A DNA stretch of 64,000 nucleotides from Candidatus Fermentibacterota bacterium (GCA_963845085.1 CAWJQI010000005.1:384001-448000), one strand, 5' to 3'. Counted from the stretch's first letter, positions 50,819 to 61,091 are shown. Made by a program: numbers and translations. Notes: generated by a model from the sequence alone, not told the origin.

Positions 50819-50851
50819 TATGTTACATCAGGCACAACCACGGAGATCGCA

Positions 50852-51640
50852 ATGGACATGACCAATTTCTGGCCTGCTTTCGGCATGGTGAGTTTCGCAG
50901 GGCTGGCCACCGGCATCGGCAGCCTGATCTCATTCCTTTCCAGGCACACCAGCGCCAGGTTCCTTGCAACTGCCCTCGGTTTCAGTGCCGGGGTTATGAT
51001 CTATGTCTCTTTCATGGAGATTCTTCCGGGATCCCGTGACCTCTTCACGGCCGCTGGCTTTGCCGCCGGGGCGGCGAACCTTCGGATGGTGTCCGGTTTC
51101 TTTATCGGCATTGTTCTGATGGCCGGAATTGACCTGATGGTTCCGAAGTTCGAGAATCCGCACGAGGTTCACAACAGCATCTGCGGCAAGAACCTGCACC
51201 GGCTGGGCATGTTCAGCGCACTCGCGATAGCCGTTCACAACTTCCCCGAGGGCATAGCCACTTTTGCCGTGGCCCTGCAGGAACCGAGGCTGGGTGTTGC
51301 AATAGCCCTGGCCATCGCCATACACAACATTCCCGAAGGGGTGGCAGTCTCGGCGCCCATCTACTGCGCCACGGGCAGCAGGATGAAGGCTTTCCGCTGG
51401 TCATTCCTTTCGGGTCTTTCCGAACCGATCGGCGCCCTGATAAGCTTCTTCTTCCTCCGGACCCTCTTCTCCGGGGGGATCATCGGCTGGATGCTTGCCG
51501 GGGTTGCGGGGATCATGGTCTACGTAAGCCTCGACGAGCTTCTTCCAACCGCGGAGGAACACGGCGAGCACCATCTCTGCATCATCGGCCTTGTGGCCGG
51601 CATGGCAGTGATGGCCGGCAGCCTTTTACTGGTGAATTGA
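50852..51640 (+). CDS. zupT: ZIP family zinc transporter ZupT
   Basis: SAGVMIYVSF.EI, HNFPEG, HNIPEG, DELLP. Confidence 0.92.
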   Translation: MDMTNFWPAFGMVSFAGLATGIGSLISFLSRHTSARFLATALGFSAGVMIYVSFMEILPGSRDLFTAAGFAAGAANLRMVSGFFIGIVLMAGIDLMVPKFENPHEVHNSICGKNLHRLGMFSALAIAVHNFPEGIATFAVALQEPRLGVAIALAIAIHNIPEGVAVSAPIYCATGSRMKAFRWSFLSGLSEPIGALISFFFLRTLFSGGIIGWMLAGVAGIMVYVSLDELLPTAEEHGEHHLCIIGLVAGMAVMAGSLLLVN

Positions 51641-51651
51641 GGGGTGGAGAT

Positions 51652-52629
51652 ATGGCTGTAATTCTTCTTGCACTGCTTTCCACGTTTTCCATAGTCGGAT
51701 ACGACCGTGACTCGGGCGAGTGGGGAATAGCTGTCGCATCGAAGGTGCCTTTCGTTGGGCAGATGGTGCCCTGGGCCGAGGCCGGGGCCGGAGCGGTCGC
51801 CACCCAGGCTTGGGCGAACCTGGGTTACGGCCCCGCGGGGCTTCGTCTTCTTGCTGAGGGCATGGCCGCCGAAGACGTTATTGCGGCCCTTGTCGGCTCC
51901 GATTCGCTGTACGACCAGAGGCAGATCGGAGTTGTCGATTCCCGTGGAAACTCGGCGTCGTTCACCGGAGCAGGAACCATGGCCTGGTCGGGGGGAGTGA
52001 CCGGCCCCGGATACGCCATCCAGGGGAACATCCTGACGGGGCCGGAGGTTGTTTCCGAGATGGAGCGGGCGTTCCTTGAAAGCGAGGGCGAAATCCTCGC
52101 ATTCAGGCTTCTCGAGGCGTTGAAGGCGGGCGAGGACGCGGGCGGCGACAGCAGGGGCAGACAGTCCGCGGCGATCCTCGTCGTAAGGGAGAACGGCGGC
52201 CACGATGGCAACACCGACATCCTCGTAGACATTCAGGTCTCCGACAACCCCGAGGCCGTCACAGAACTTAGACGGCTTTACTTCCGCTGGTGGGAGCCCC
52301 TCAACATGCTCGAGATGTACACCGGGGAACGGGCCGAAGCCGTTCTTTCCAGAATGGCGACCCAGGACTACGACGAGGCCTGGATGAAGAATTCCGTTGC
52401 ATGGTCGATGGCGGTGGCCGATCTGGAGCTTGAACGGGCGCTCACGCTTGCACTCGAGGCGAGCACCGCCGAGCCGGAGGACAGCAACATCATGGACACT
52501 GTCGCCGAGGTCCTCTTCAGGCTTGGAAGGGCAGAGGAAGCTGCCGAATGGGAAACCAGGGCGCTTGGGATCGACCCCGGAAACTCCTACCTGCAGGGAC
52601 AGCTCGACCGCTTCAGAAACGGCATCTGA
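51652..52629 (+). CDS. DUF1028 (Ntn-hydrolase-like) exported protein with C-terminal TPR
   Basis: Short signal then TFSIV, GAVATQA, RQIG, QGNIL, GGDSRG.QSA; DTVAEV TPR. Confidence 0.85.
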   Translation: MAVILLALLSTFSIVGYDRDSGEWGIAVASKVPFVGQMVPWAEAGAGAVATQAWANLGYGPAGLRLLAEGMAAEDVIAALVGSDSLYDQRQIGVVDSRGNSASFTGAGTMAWSGGVTGPGYAIQGNILTGPEVVSEMERAFLESEGEILAFRLLEALKAGEDAGGDSRGRQSAAILVVRENGGHDGNTDILVDIQVSDNPEAVTELRRLYFRWWEPLNMLEMYTGERAEAVLSRMATQDYDEAWMKNSVAWSMAVADLELERALTLALEASTAEPEDSNIMDTVAEVLFRLGRAEEAAEWETRALGIDPGNSYLQGQLDRFRNGI

Positions 52630-52646
52630 TCGGGAAGGATAAGGAC

Positions 52647-52970
52647 ATGGAGCATTCAAAACCCACATCTCTCGCCGGGCTCGTTTCCTGCCCGCCCGGG
52701 AGCGTTGTAAGCAGAACCATAATCGACAGCAGCGCAGGCACGGTAACGGTTTTCGGCTTCGACGCAGGGCAGGGCCTCAGCGAGCATACCGCCCCCTTCG
52801 ATGCCCTTGTGATAATCATCGAGGGCAGAGCGCGCATAACGATCAGCGGGGTGCCGCATGACCTCTCGGCGGGCGAGATGATCCTCATGCCGGCTCTAGC
52901 GCCCCATGCCCTCAAAGCGTTGGAAGCCTTCAAGATGATGCTTGTCATGATCAGGGCCCGAAACGGCTGA
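52647..52970 (+). CDS. Cupin domain protein
   Basis: FDAGQGLSEHTAPFDA..EG..PHALKA. Confidence 0.87.
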   Translation: MEHSKPTSLAGLVSCPPGSVVSRTIIDSSAGTVTVFGFDAGQGLSEHTAPFDALVIIIEGRARITISGVPHDLSAGEMILMPALAPHALKALEAFKMMLVMIRARNG

Positions 52971-52979
52971 CAAGCCGCG

Positions 52980-54575
52980 ATGAAGGCAGGGAGAATCGCT
53001 CTTCCCGTCGCCCTTGCGGCTTTCCTTGCCGTCTTCATGCTGGCACTTCCAGCACGCTCCTTCTGGTGCATGGACGAGGCGAACCGCTTCCTTCAGACAC
53101 ACGCCCTCACCCTTGACGAAGCAGCACTTCCCCCGGCGCTGCCCTACCCGGGCCGCGAGCTGATTTCTGATGCGGCCCTCCTTGAAAGGCTCCGCCCCTT
53201 GCCTGCACAGTACGGCTTCATGAGGGATGGAAACCTTTACAGCCAGTACACCCCCATACTTGCTCTGATCACGGCGCCCTTCTATGGAATCTTCGGGCAG
53301 CGCGGCATCCTTCTCCCTCCCATTGCGGGCGGGCTGGCACTTGCCCTCGTTCTGGCGGGCATGCTGCACACCAGGGGAATCGCACGCCGGACGGGGCTGC
53401 TCCTGGCTTTCCTTGCCACTCCAATCCCCTTCTACAGCCTCACGTTCTTCTCACACAGCCTTGCGCTCCTTCTTGCCATGGCGAGCCTGCTCCTTCTGAG
53501 GGGCAACCGTGTCATCCCGGCATTCATCGCAGCAACCCTGGCCGTCTCGATGAGGATTGAGATGCTTTTCGCGTTTCCCCTGCTTCTCCTTCAAACCGAA
53601 GGGAGACCTTCCTTCGGAAGGATCCTGTCCGCAGCCATCCTGTCCGCAGCCCTGTTTCTCGCGGTTCAGAAACTGCTCACAGGATCCTGGCTTGGCACCC
53701 ATCTGGCATCCAGCGGAACGCAGAGCGACATTTACGGCACAACAGGCACATGGCTCGAAGCAAGGTTCTCCCTCATAAGGAGAGCCTTCGTCAACGCCAT
53801 GCCGGGCTTCGGGATCGAGGGGCTGGTGCTGGGTTTGGTGCTGCTTGGTCTCTGGGGCTACTCGTGGGCGATGAACGGCAGGCCTTCGGGAAACGCAGCA
53901 GCCATCGCGGGAATGCTTCTCACTATCATCCCGCTCGCCGCCCTGTTCATCAGGGGGCTCCGCTCAACAGACACCATGGATGTTCAGAATCCGCTTCTGG
54001 CCTTTCCCCTGCTCTGGATTTCAAGGCCGTCGGGCAGGCTGCTCGGGGCGGCCGCCGCCCTTGCGACGGTCATGCTTCTTTTCATGAGTCCCATGCATGC
54101 AGAGGATGTGGCATGGGGGTTCAGGCACGGCATGCTGTTCTGTTTGCTCTTAAGCCTTTCACCAAGGCCTGGTGTGCCACGGGGGCTGGTTCGCTGTGTC
54201 ATCGTCACCGGGATCCTTGTAACGGTGACATCCCTTTCGCTTCTTGCGGCGCGGCGGATCCGGGGGGCCGAACTGCTGGACGTGATTGAACGGGCGGGTG
54301 GTCCGGTGATCACTACCTCATGGGAACAACCGCAGGAACTCGCTCCCCTGATGACTGACGGCACCCCCGTCCTTCACGCTTCCACAACCCATGACCTGTA
54401 TTCAGCCCTGCTCACCTTCGGTCGCCTTTCGCCCCTTGTCGTTGTCAGAAGGGAGAGCATCGGCCTTCTTTTCTCGGTTGCCGAGGCTGCGGGAATGTCG
54501 TGCTCCCCGGTAGGCACGGGACCTCCGCAGGACCCCGTGACCGATGTTGTTGTTTTTCGGTGCGGTTTCCCGTGA
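52980..54575 (+). CDS. Multi-pass membrane protein, putative GT-C fold glycosyltransferase
   Basis: Periplasmic DE after TM1 (WCMDEA), many TM helices, FYSLTF..H, RIE, WGFRH. Confidence 0.5.
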   Translation: MKAGRIALPVALAAFLAVFMLALPARSFWCMDEANRFLQTHALTLDEAALPPALPYPGRELISDAALLERLRPLPAQYGFMRDGNLYSQYTPILALITAPFYGIFGQRGILLPPIAGGLALALVLAGMLHTRGIARRTGLLLAFLATPIPFYSLTFFSHSLALLLAMASLLLLRGNRVIPAFIAATLAVSMRIEMLFAFPLLLLQTEGRPSFGRILSAAILSAALFLAVQKLLTGSWLGTHLASSGTQSDIYGTTGTWLEARFSLIRRAFVNAMPGFGIEGLVLGLVLLGLWGYSWAMNGRPSGNAAAIAGMLLTIIPLAALFIRGLRSTDTMDVQNPLLAFPLLWISRPSGRLLGAAAALATVMLLFMSPMHAEDVAWGFRHGMLFCLLLSLSPRPGVPRGLVRCVIVTGILVTVTSLSLLAARRIRGAELLDVIERAGGPVITTSWEQPQELAPLMTDGTPVLHASTTHDLYSALLTFGRLSPLVVVRRESIGLLFSVAEAAGMSCSPVGTGPPQDPVTDVVVFRCGFP

Positions 54576-54594
54576 AAGCAGTGGAGGCGTTGCG

Positions 54595-55443
54595 GTGAAA
54601 ATAGGGCTGGCACTCGGCGGCGGAGGGGCCAGGGGGCTTGCCCACATCCCCATGCTTCAGGTGCTGGACGAACTCGGGATCCGCCCGCACTGCATCGCCG
54701 GAACGAGCATAGGAGCCATAATAGGTGCAATCTATGCTTCCGGGGTCAGCGGTTCGACAATGCGGGAGCGTTCCGGACGAATGCTGATCACTGACGGGGA
54801 TTCGCTCAGGGAGGTGCTTTCGAAGAAGGATGCCCTCTCCTGGATCAAACTGCTCGACATCGATTTTCTGGGGAACGCCCTGTTCAGGGGCGACGCGTTC
54901 GTCGAGTTCCTCTACCGCCAGATCGAGACTTCCACTTTTGAGCAGCTGTCGATCCCGCTGAAGGTCGTTGCCACGGATTTCTGGAATTCGTCGCAGGTTG
55001 TTTTTGAAAGCGGCGACCTGCTCATGGCCATCAAGGCGAGCATGGGGCTGCCCGGGGTGTTCTCGCCCGTCCACATGAACGGCGGAACATTCATAGACGG
55101 CGGCTGCGTAAATCCCCTGCCGCACGACATTCTCTCCGGCTGCGATTTCATCGTCGCGGTGAATGTCATGGGGAGGATCGGGCAGGGGGGAAGGCGCAGC
55201 TCCCCGAACGCGGTCAGGGCTGTCCTTGAAACCTTCAACATCATGCAGCGAAGCATCATTGCCGAAAAGCTGAGCAAACGGCCCCCTGACATATACATCG
55301 AGCCGCAGATAATGAACGTAGACCTGCTCGAGTTCCACAAGGCGCCTGAGATCTATGCCCAGGCCGATCAGGCGGCGAAGGAACTCAGAAGCCGGCTTCT
55401 TGCCCTGCGGGTCCCCGGAGGATGGAAGGCCGACTCAACATGA
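54595..55443 (+). CDS. Patatin-like phospholipase (RssA-like)
   Basis: GGGGARG, GTSIG, DGG motifs; GTG start with GGAGG. Confidence 0.9.
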   Translation: MKIGLALGGGGARGLAHIPMLQVLDELGIRPHCIAGTSIGAIIGAIYASGVSGSTMRERSGRMLITDGDSLREVLSKKDALSWIKLLDIDFLGNALFRGDAFVEFLYRQIETSTFEQLSIPLKVVATDFWNSSQVVFESGDLLMAIKASMGLPGVFSPVHMNGGTFIDGGCVNPLPHDILSGCDFIVAVNVMGRIGQGGRRSSPNAVRAVLETFNIMQRSIIAEKLSKRPPDIYIEPQIMNVDLLEFHKAPEIYAQADQAAKELRSRLLALRVPGGWKADST

Positions 55444-56186
55444 TTCTGCTGGCACTGTTCCTGGCACTCCAGGAATGTCCGGACGCAGTTGAGGTGAGGG
55501 GCTTCCCAGTCGGGCAGGACCCGGTGTTCCTCGTATTCCTCGATTTCCAGTCGACCGCCCCGCTTGTGGCCCTTTGCGGCAACTCGGGCCTTATCACAGG
55601 GTACGCGGTGTTTCCGGGCATCCTGAACCCTCCGAAGACCGATGCCTCGTTCGACCCCGAAACGGGAATTCTCACTGTCATGTCGCAGTACCCCTTTACG
55701 GCCAACTACTTCCGTGCCGACTACCTCATTGCTGAGGGCGACTCCCTCCTGCTTGTTTCCTGCGAACACCATGACCGTTACCAGGAGCTTCTCGACACGA
55801 TGCTCTACGATCTTGCCGAAGGCGACAACAGGGGTGTTCTTGAAACGGCATGGTCCGTGTTCTACCCGGGGTCGAACCCCTTGTCCCGTTCCATGTGCGT
55901 TGTTCTTCTGGTATCCGGAGTATCCGAGGCGAAGGCTTTGATCGATGCCGGAGCAACAACCGAAGAAGCAGTGGAATGGCTCGAGGATGTTTTCGATGCC
56001 GGCTTCAACCTTGCGGGTGAACCCCTGCTCCAGGAGGTGCGGAGGGGTTTCCCCGAGGGGCTTCCATTCAGCCTGGAAACCTTCCTGGCATCTCTGGAAG
56101 ACCTTGCCGAACTGCTCGATTCTTCGGGAAACTCCGGCACGGCAATCGAGATCAGGGAGGTGATCGGTGACCTCGGGGCACATTGA
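55440..56186 (+). CDS. Hypothetical exported protein
   Basis: Short signal peptide; ATGA overlap with the patatin stop. Confidence 0.55.
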   Translation: MILLALFLALQECPDAVEVRGFPVGQDPVFLVFLDFQSTAPLVALCGNSGLITGYAVFPGILNPPKTDASFDPETGILTVMSQYPFTANYFRADYLIAEGDSLLLVSCEHHDRYQELLDTMLYDLAEGDNRGVLETAWSVFYPGSNPLSRSMCVVLLVSGVSEAKALIDAGATTEEAVEWLEDVFDAGFNLAGEPLLQEVRRGFPEGLPFSLETFLASLEDLAELLDSSGNSGTAIEIREVIGDLGAH

Positions 56187-56430
56187 CCCGGCCTGGAGCA
56201 GGCTGGGACTGACGAGGGAGGACTGGACCTCCCTTGCCCTTGCTTTATTTGCCCTGGCGCACGGGAGCCGGAGGGAGTTCGACGGGCTGCCCGAAGGGCT
56301 CAAGGGCCATCCTGCAGGCCAGCTGTGCGCTGCCTATATTGAAGGCGGCGATGACAACCTTCTTGACCAGGCGGGTTTTATGCTTACGAACTCCCGGCAG
56401 TGGTACACCTATCTGGGGAGGTCCTTCTAG
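56167..56430 (+). CDS. Small hypothetical protein
   Basis: GGAGG RBS; fills the gap to the convergent gene. Confidence 0.45.
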   Translation: MTSGHIDPAWSRLGLTREDWTSLALALFALAHGSRREFDGLPEGLKGHPAGQLCAAYIEGGDDNLLDQAGFMLTNSRQWYTYLGRSF

Positions 56431-57815
56431 AAAACCCTCTCCCTGATCCAGGCTGTCAACGCTTCCACGAAGCCCTCGATGAACACAGGCTCAAGGGTGG
56501 CGTATTCCTCCACCGCACCTGTCACCGAGTTCTGGAAAAGATGGTTCGCGCCCTCCATCTGAAGGATCAGGTGGTCGGGATTGCTTGCAAGGGCGGCCTC
56601 CATCACCGGGCTGTTCAGCGAAGGCAGGACCTGTATGTCATTTCCCCCGTACAAAACGAGCACAGGGCATTCGACCGCCGAGATGTCATCCGCAGGGTCG
56701 TGAACGAGGAACCTCCTGAACCAGGGAGACGTCACCTGGGATACGGCCTGCTGCACGGCCATTTCGATCTGTCCCTCGACATCGCCCATCATGGAGAGTT
56801 CCTCTTCGGACAGCCCTTCCATTTCGGAGCGGAACTGATCCTCAAGAATTGCTGCAAGCACCGTTTCGTCTTCCCCCGCAATGACGGCATCCATGATCGT
56901 TGTCTGTACGGCCTGCCTCCGCGAGACCTCCTCCGGAGGGAAGCCCTGGGCCGTCAGAATGGCTGCCTGCTGTGCAAGAATGGTGCTGTAACCGTCGAGG
57001 GCGGGTCCCGCCATGCTCACCACGAAGGCAACATCACTTGGACGTTGCGCTGCAAGTGAGAATGCGGTGCTGGATCCCTCGCTGTGGCCCAGCAACCCTA
57101 TTCTTGTCTGATCGATCCGGCTGTCGAGACGCATGTGATCCAGCATGAGCCCCGCCTCATAGACCAGCACCGAATCGCTGAACGACTCCATGTCCCCGGT
57201 GGAACCGCCGACCCCGCGGTCATCGCAGCGGAGAACGGCAAGCCCCGCATCTGTGAGGTGCCTGCTGAGAACTGCAAACACCGCGAAGCCCATGACATAT
57301 TCATCCCTGTCCTGCGGGCCGCTGCCGGAAAGAAGTATCACACAGGGATACGGGGCCTCGCCCTCAGGAAGCTCAAGGGTTCCCGCGATCACGCAGCCAT
57401 CACCTGTGATCGAAACCTCCTCGCCGATAGCCACCTCCTGCGGAAGTTCAACCGATGTGCGACAGAGGGTGAAAGTGCCCGTGTAGCCCTCCTGAATGAA
57501 GTCGCCCCCCATGCTGTCAGCGCTGACGACGCCTGCAAAGTCCGCTCTTCCGATGTCGGAGGGCAGCGAGAAGAACACGCTGTCGCGCACCACTCTGATG
57601 TCGACAAGTTCAAGCCCCCTGGCGTTCTGCATCGGGATGTCGATGTTTCCTGTAAAGGTGCTGTCCGCTCCCGAAAGCCGCACGGTTATGCCCAGTGTGG
57701 TTCCGGCAACGGTGAGCCCCCCCTCCCAAACCCCTGCCACATCGGCCTGCGAGGGGGCTTCTTCGCTTGAACAGGCCCCGAGCAGGAGAAAAGCCGCAAG
57801 TAACAATGCCTTCAT
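56427..57815 (-). CDS. Alpha/beta hydrolase lipoprotein (S9/S15-like)
   Basis: Lipobox LGAC, SGSGPQDRDE, DDRGVGGS, GHSEG, D.QV, NHLFQ. Confidence 0.87.
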   Translation of the reverse strand: MKALLLAAFLLLGACSSEEAPSQADVAGVWEGGLTVAGTTLGITVRLSGADSTFTGNIDIPMQNARGLELVDIRVVRDSVFFSLPSDIGRADFAGVVSADSMGGDFIQEGYTGTFTLCRTSVELPQEVAIGEEVSITGDGCVIAGTLELPEGEAPYPCVILLSGSGPQDRDEYVMGFAVFAVLSRHLTDAGLAVLRCDDRGVGGSTGDMESFSDSVLVYEAGLMLDHMRLDSRIDQTRIGLLGHSEGSSTAFSLAAQRPSDVAFVVSMAGPALDGYSTILAQQAAILTAQGFPPEEVSRRQAVQTTIMDAVIAGEDETVLAAILEDQFRSEMEGLSEEELSMMGDVEGQIEMAVQQAVSQVTSPWFRRFLVHDPADDISAVECPVLVLYGGNDIQVLPSLNSPVMEAALASNPDHLILQMEGANHLFQNSVTGAVEEYATLEPVFIEGFVEALTAWIRERVF

Positions 57816-59034
57816 TCCGGTCTCCCATCACGGTTCAACAACATTCCGGCCGCAAGTACGGCCATTGACGCCATAAGTCCCATAAGAAAAGCGTCGGGGT
57901 TGTTTGCGAGCTTCAGCAGCACCGCAGTCCCCCCGCCGATGATGACAGATGAGTTCGCCGCCCACGGGCGCGGAGGTCTCTTCAGAAGCAATGCCGCAAG
58001 AAGGGGCAGCGGAGCACCGGCGCTGAACACCGAGTAGGACCACTGCATGACGGCCACAACGTTTCCGGCGGCCAGTGCGAGAACCGTTCCCGTGACTGCC
58101 ACAAATGCAACAACGACCTTCGGCGAAACCCCGAGCCCGGGGAGAAGGTCGGCATGAAGCACGGTCGCCCCGGTTATGAGAACGCTGTCAGCGCTGGACA
58201 TGACAGCCATGAGAATTCCGAATGCGGCCGGGTAGTAAAGGGCGGCGGGAAGAACGAGGCGAAGCGTCTCGTCGAGGCCGCCCCGCCCGCCGAGGGCGAT
58301 GACCGCAACACAGGCGGCCGCCGCAAGCTTGATGATCCCGGCCATTACGGATGCCTTTGCGGCGTCACGGGGAGTTCTGGCGGATAGAAGCCTTCCGTAA
58401 ACGTCGCCGCCGACAAGACCGGGAAGCCCCATCATCAGAAAAAGGCCTATAACAGCCCTTCCCCCCATTCCAGGTCCGGTCGGGAATGAAAGCATTCCCG
58501 GTCCGGGGTCTATCCCCCGGAATGCGACAATGGCAGCGGGAATACCGAGGCCGAACAGCATGATCATCACAAGCTGGTACAGATCCGTTCTGATAACGGC
58601 CTTCTGCCCTCCCAGCACCGTGTAGATCGAGAAGGCAGCCGCCATGGCGATGGTTGAATGCGTCTGGGAAAGGCCTGTCATTCCCGGACCAGGGTGGCGC
58701 CGGCAAGTGTGAGCAGGGCGAACCAGGCGAACTCGGCAAGAAGGACCAGCACGGCAATTATCGTTCCGAAGGTGCTTCCATATTTTTGCCGGGCAATGCC
58801 CGCGATGGAAAGGGCGCCTGTCGCCCTGACACGCCCCGCGAGAAAGAAACCCGACACGAGGAGGGAAAGGCCCAGGGGCAGGTCAAGCCAAAGCCCCGAC
58901 AGGCCGTGTGTCATTATGAATGTTGTAAGAACAACGGTGGAGGTTCCGCCAATTGTCGTTGCGGCCAGGCTTGCGCCAAGAAGCGGCCACCCGACATTCC
59001 GGTCGGCCAGATAGGCCGTGTTTTTCTGATCCAT
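57812..59034 (-). pseudogene. Sodium:solute symporter family transporter, split or frameshifted near 58680
   Basis: ORF 58678..59034 (YLADRN, SLAATTIGG) and ORF 57812..58681 (YTVLGGQKAVIRTD..Q, AVMSSADS) together give one SSS protein. Confidence 0.75.
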
Positions 59035-59187
59035 GATGGCGGGGACTTCCTACCCGGGTGGCAGTGGAAAGGGTGGCGCAGGAACGGAGAAGCCTTTTGT
59101 CCGGTTCCGCGCAGCCTTGAAGCCCGGGGGCGAAAGAGGGACAGCGGACATGCCAGACCTTCCAGGGTTCACGGTTGCAAATGGGAA

Positions 59188-59214
59188 GATCCGGGCGGCC
59201 AGGCCGCCCGGATC
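59188..59214 (-). terminator. Inverted repeat / terminator at the end of the agl-glt-like operon
   Basis: GATCCGGGCGGCC-A-GGCCGCCCGGATC, 11 nt after the stop, followed by TTCCCATTT on the minus strand. Confidence 0.6.
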
Positions 59215-59225
59215 AACTGAAGTGA

Positions 59226-61091
59226 TTATTGGGGAGGTACCAGGTTGACCGGCACGGTGACCGGCAGGTTGGACGTCTGCTCCGGAGCCGGGCCGAAGTT
59301 CATGCTGTTCACCGCACTGGTGACCGTGGCCTGCAGGCTCGAGAGTGATCCGGGGCAACTCACCGAAACACTGGTGACCGAACCGCCCGGTGTGATGGCG
59401 AAGCTGATGCTGATGCGCCCGCCAGCGCTCGGGTCGCTTCTGAGAAGGCTTTCGTAGGCAGTCTGGATGCGCATCTTCATCACGTTGAGCCGTTGTCTGA
59501 TCTCGGACATGTTCCTGTAACCGAGATCGATGGCCTCTCCCGAAGCACTTGCCGTGAAGGTGACCTGCGCTGCCTGATGCACGGCCTGCATCTGGCTCGA
59601 ACTGACGGTCTCAGCGCTGGATGCAACTCCACCCCCGGAACCGACCAGCCCGGTGATGCCGCCTGATCCGCCGCCGCCTGCGCCGGCCACGAGAGCCTGC
59701 CCCGAAGTTCCCGACGCAAGGCCCATGCCGCTCGATGCCGCACTCTGAAGGTCACCGATGAATCCGGCTCCCCCTCCGGCAGCACCTGTTCCATAGGCGG
59801 CGAATCCTATGCTCTGAAGCACATCCTCGGCGGCAGATGCACCCGCGGCTGCACCAACGGGCCCGGAGGGACCTTCGGCAGCGCCTCCGCCACCGGTGCT
59901 TGCGACTTCGGTTGACGGCATGTCGCTCACGACCTCCTCGCCGACCCCTATCTCATCGGTGGGGGGCGGTGTCTGGGCGAGTGAGGCAACCCTGGCGCTT
60001 GGCGCCCTTCTGAGTATCTGTGTTTTGGATTCCTTCACCACCACGATCAACCTGTCGGTGACAGCGCCAAGAAGAAGCGCCACGGCAAGGCCGATGCCGA
60101 TCATGACCTTGAACTTCTGGTTCTCGTTCGAGACCTCTTCGAAGGCCGTTTCCTCGTGCGGACGCGTGGCGAAGCTGTTCCAGTCGTAAACTGCGGGTTT
60201 CGCCCTCTCAACCGGAACCTCGGGCCTGGGCTCGGGTTTTGGTTTTACGGCTTCCGGCGGCGGGTCGGCGAATCCGAAGAAGACTTCGACGCCGTTGACC
60301 GAGAATACGCCCTGAACGGTCTTGTCGAACTCCCATACGAAGGGGGCGCCCTCCTTCTCCTGGCGGATCATCTTCCGTTCGATGAGGGTGCTGAAGGGAA
60401 TGACACTTCCCTTCACCTCCACCCCGCCCTTGATCTCAGGGAGAAGGTTGAGCGTGTACCTGTTGCCAACTGGTTCGAGCAGAGTGTGGATTCTGGGAAG
60501 GCCGGCGTTCTTTACGGATACTGTGTTGTAGTCGGCCTCGCCGATGGTCATGATGCCGGCGTTGGGCCAGATGTCACGCCTGCCGTCGGGTCCATCGAGC
60601 GTGAGTTTCAGCCTTCTGGAGTCGGGCTTTTCCTCGATGACGGGTTTCTCGGGTTCCTTCTTCTTGAGCGGTTTCTTTTCGACAACGGGTTTGGCCGGCG
60701 GAACGATGAAGCCGAAATGGATCACGAAGGGACCGGCGTTCACCGCACCCTGGTCGCCGTAGCGAAGGTTGAGGACGAAGTTCCCCTCGGAATCGGTTGC
60801 GAATATCCCCAGTCCCTTCAGGTCGCTGAACTTCAGCTTTGAACCGTCGGAGGAGGTTATGACCGCCTCCATGCTGTCGGAAAGCCTGAGTTCCCATGTG
60901 TCGCGGTCCGCCCCGGGGCGGACGAACTCCATCGAATCGGGAATGCCGGGCGCCTCGGCCACGATGCTGTTGTTGTAGCCCGAACCCAGCCTCACGGGGG
61001 ATGCACCCGGAAGCATTTTGTTCACGACCTTGCCGTCACGCATGACGGCTATGGCGAGAACCTTTCTTTCTTGAGCAGCCTGGGCCATCAT
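59226..61091 (-). CDS. GltG/AgmX/PglI-like protein: cytoplasmic FHA-like domains, one TM, Gly-rich linker, TonB-C-like domain
   Basis: C-terminal AYESLLRSDPSAGGRISISFAITPGGSV..MNF.P..VTVP matches the AgmX/PglI TonB-C pattern; follows exbB/exbD-like genes. Confidence 0.75.
   Translation of the reverse strand: MMAQAAQERKVLAIAVMRDGKVVNKMLPGASPVRLGSGYNNSIVAEAPGIPDSMEFVRPGADRDTWELRLSDSMEAVITSSDGSKLKFSDLKGLGIFATDSEGNFVLNLRYGDQGAVNAGPFVIHFGFIVPPAKPVVEKKPLKKKEPEKPVIEEKPDSRRLKLTLDGPDGRRDIWPNAGIMTIGEADYNTVSVKNAGLPRIHTLLEPVGNRYTLNLLPEIKGGVEVKGSVIPFSTLIERKMIRQEKEGAPFVWEFDKTVQGVFSVNGVEVFFGFADPPPEAVKPKPEPRPEVPVERAKPAVYDWNSFATRPHEETAFEEVSNENQKFKVMIGIGLAVALLLGAVTDRLIVVVKESKTQILRRAPSARVASLAQTPPPTDEIGVGEEVVSDMPSTEVASTGGGGAAEGPSGPVGAAAGASAAEDVLQSIGFAAYGTGAAGGGAGFIGDLQSAASSGMGLASGTSGQALVAGAGGGGSGGITGLVGSGGGVASSAETVSSSQMQAVHQAAQVTFTASASGEAIDLGYRNMSEIRQRLNVMKMRIQTAYESLLRSDPSAGGRISISFAITPGGSVTSVSVSCPGSLSSLQATVTSAVNSMNFGPAPEQTSNLPVTVPVNLVPPQ

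Noticed and set aside
58678..58680. TGA read-through as selenocysteine in the SSS gene
   Set aside because: The downstream half is in a different frame, so read-through would not restore it
59035..59187. Riboswitch upstream of the SSS transporter
   Set aside because: No TPP, SAM, cobalamin, lysine or glycine consensus is recognisable on the minus strand
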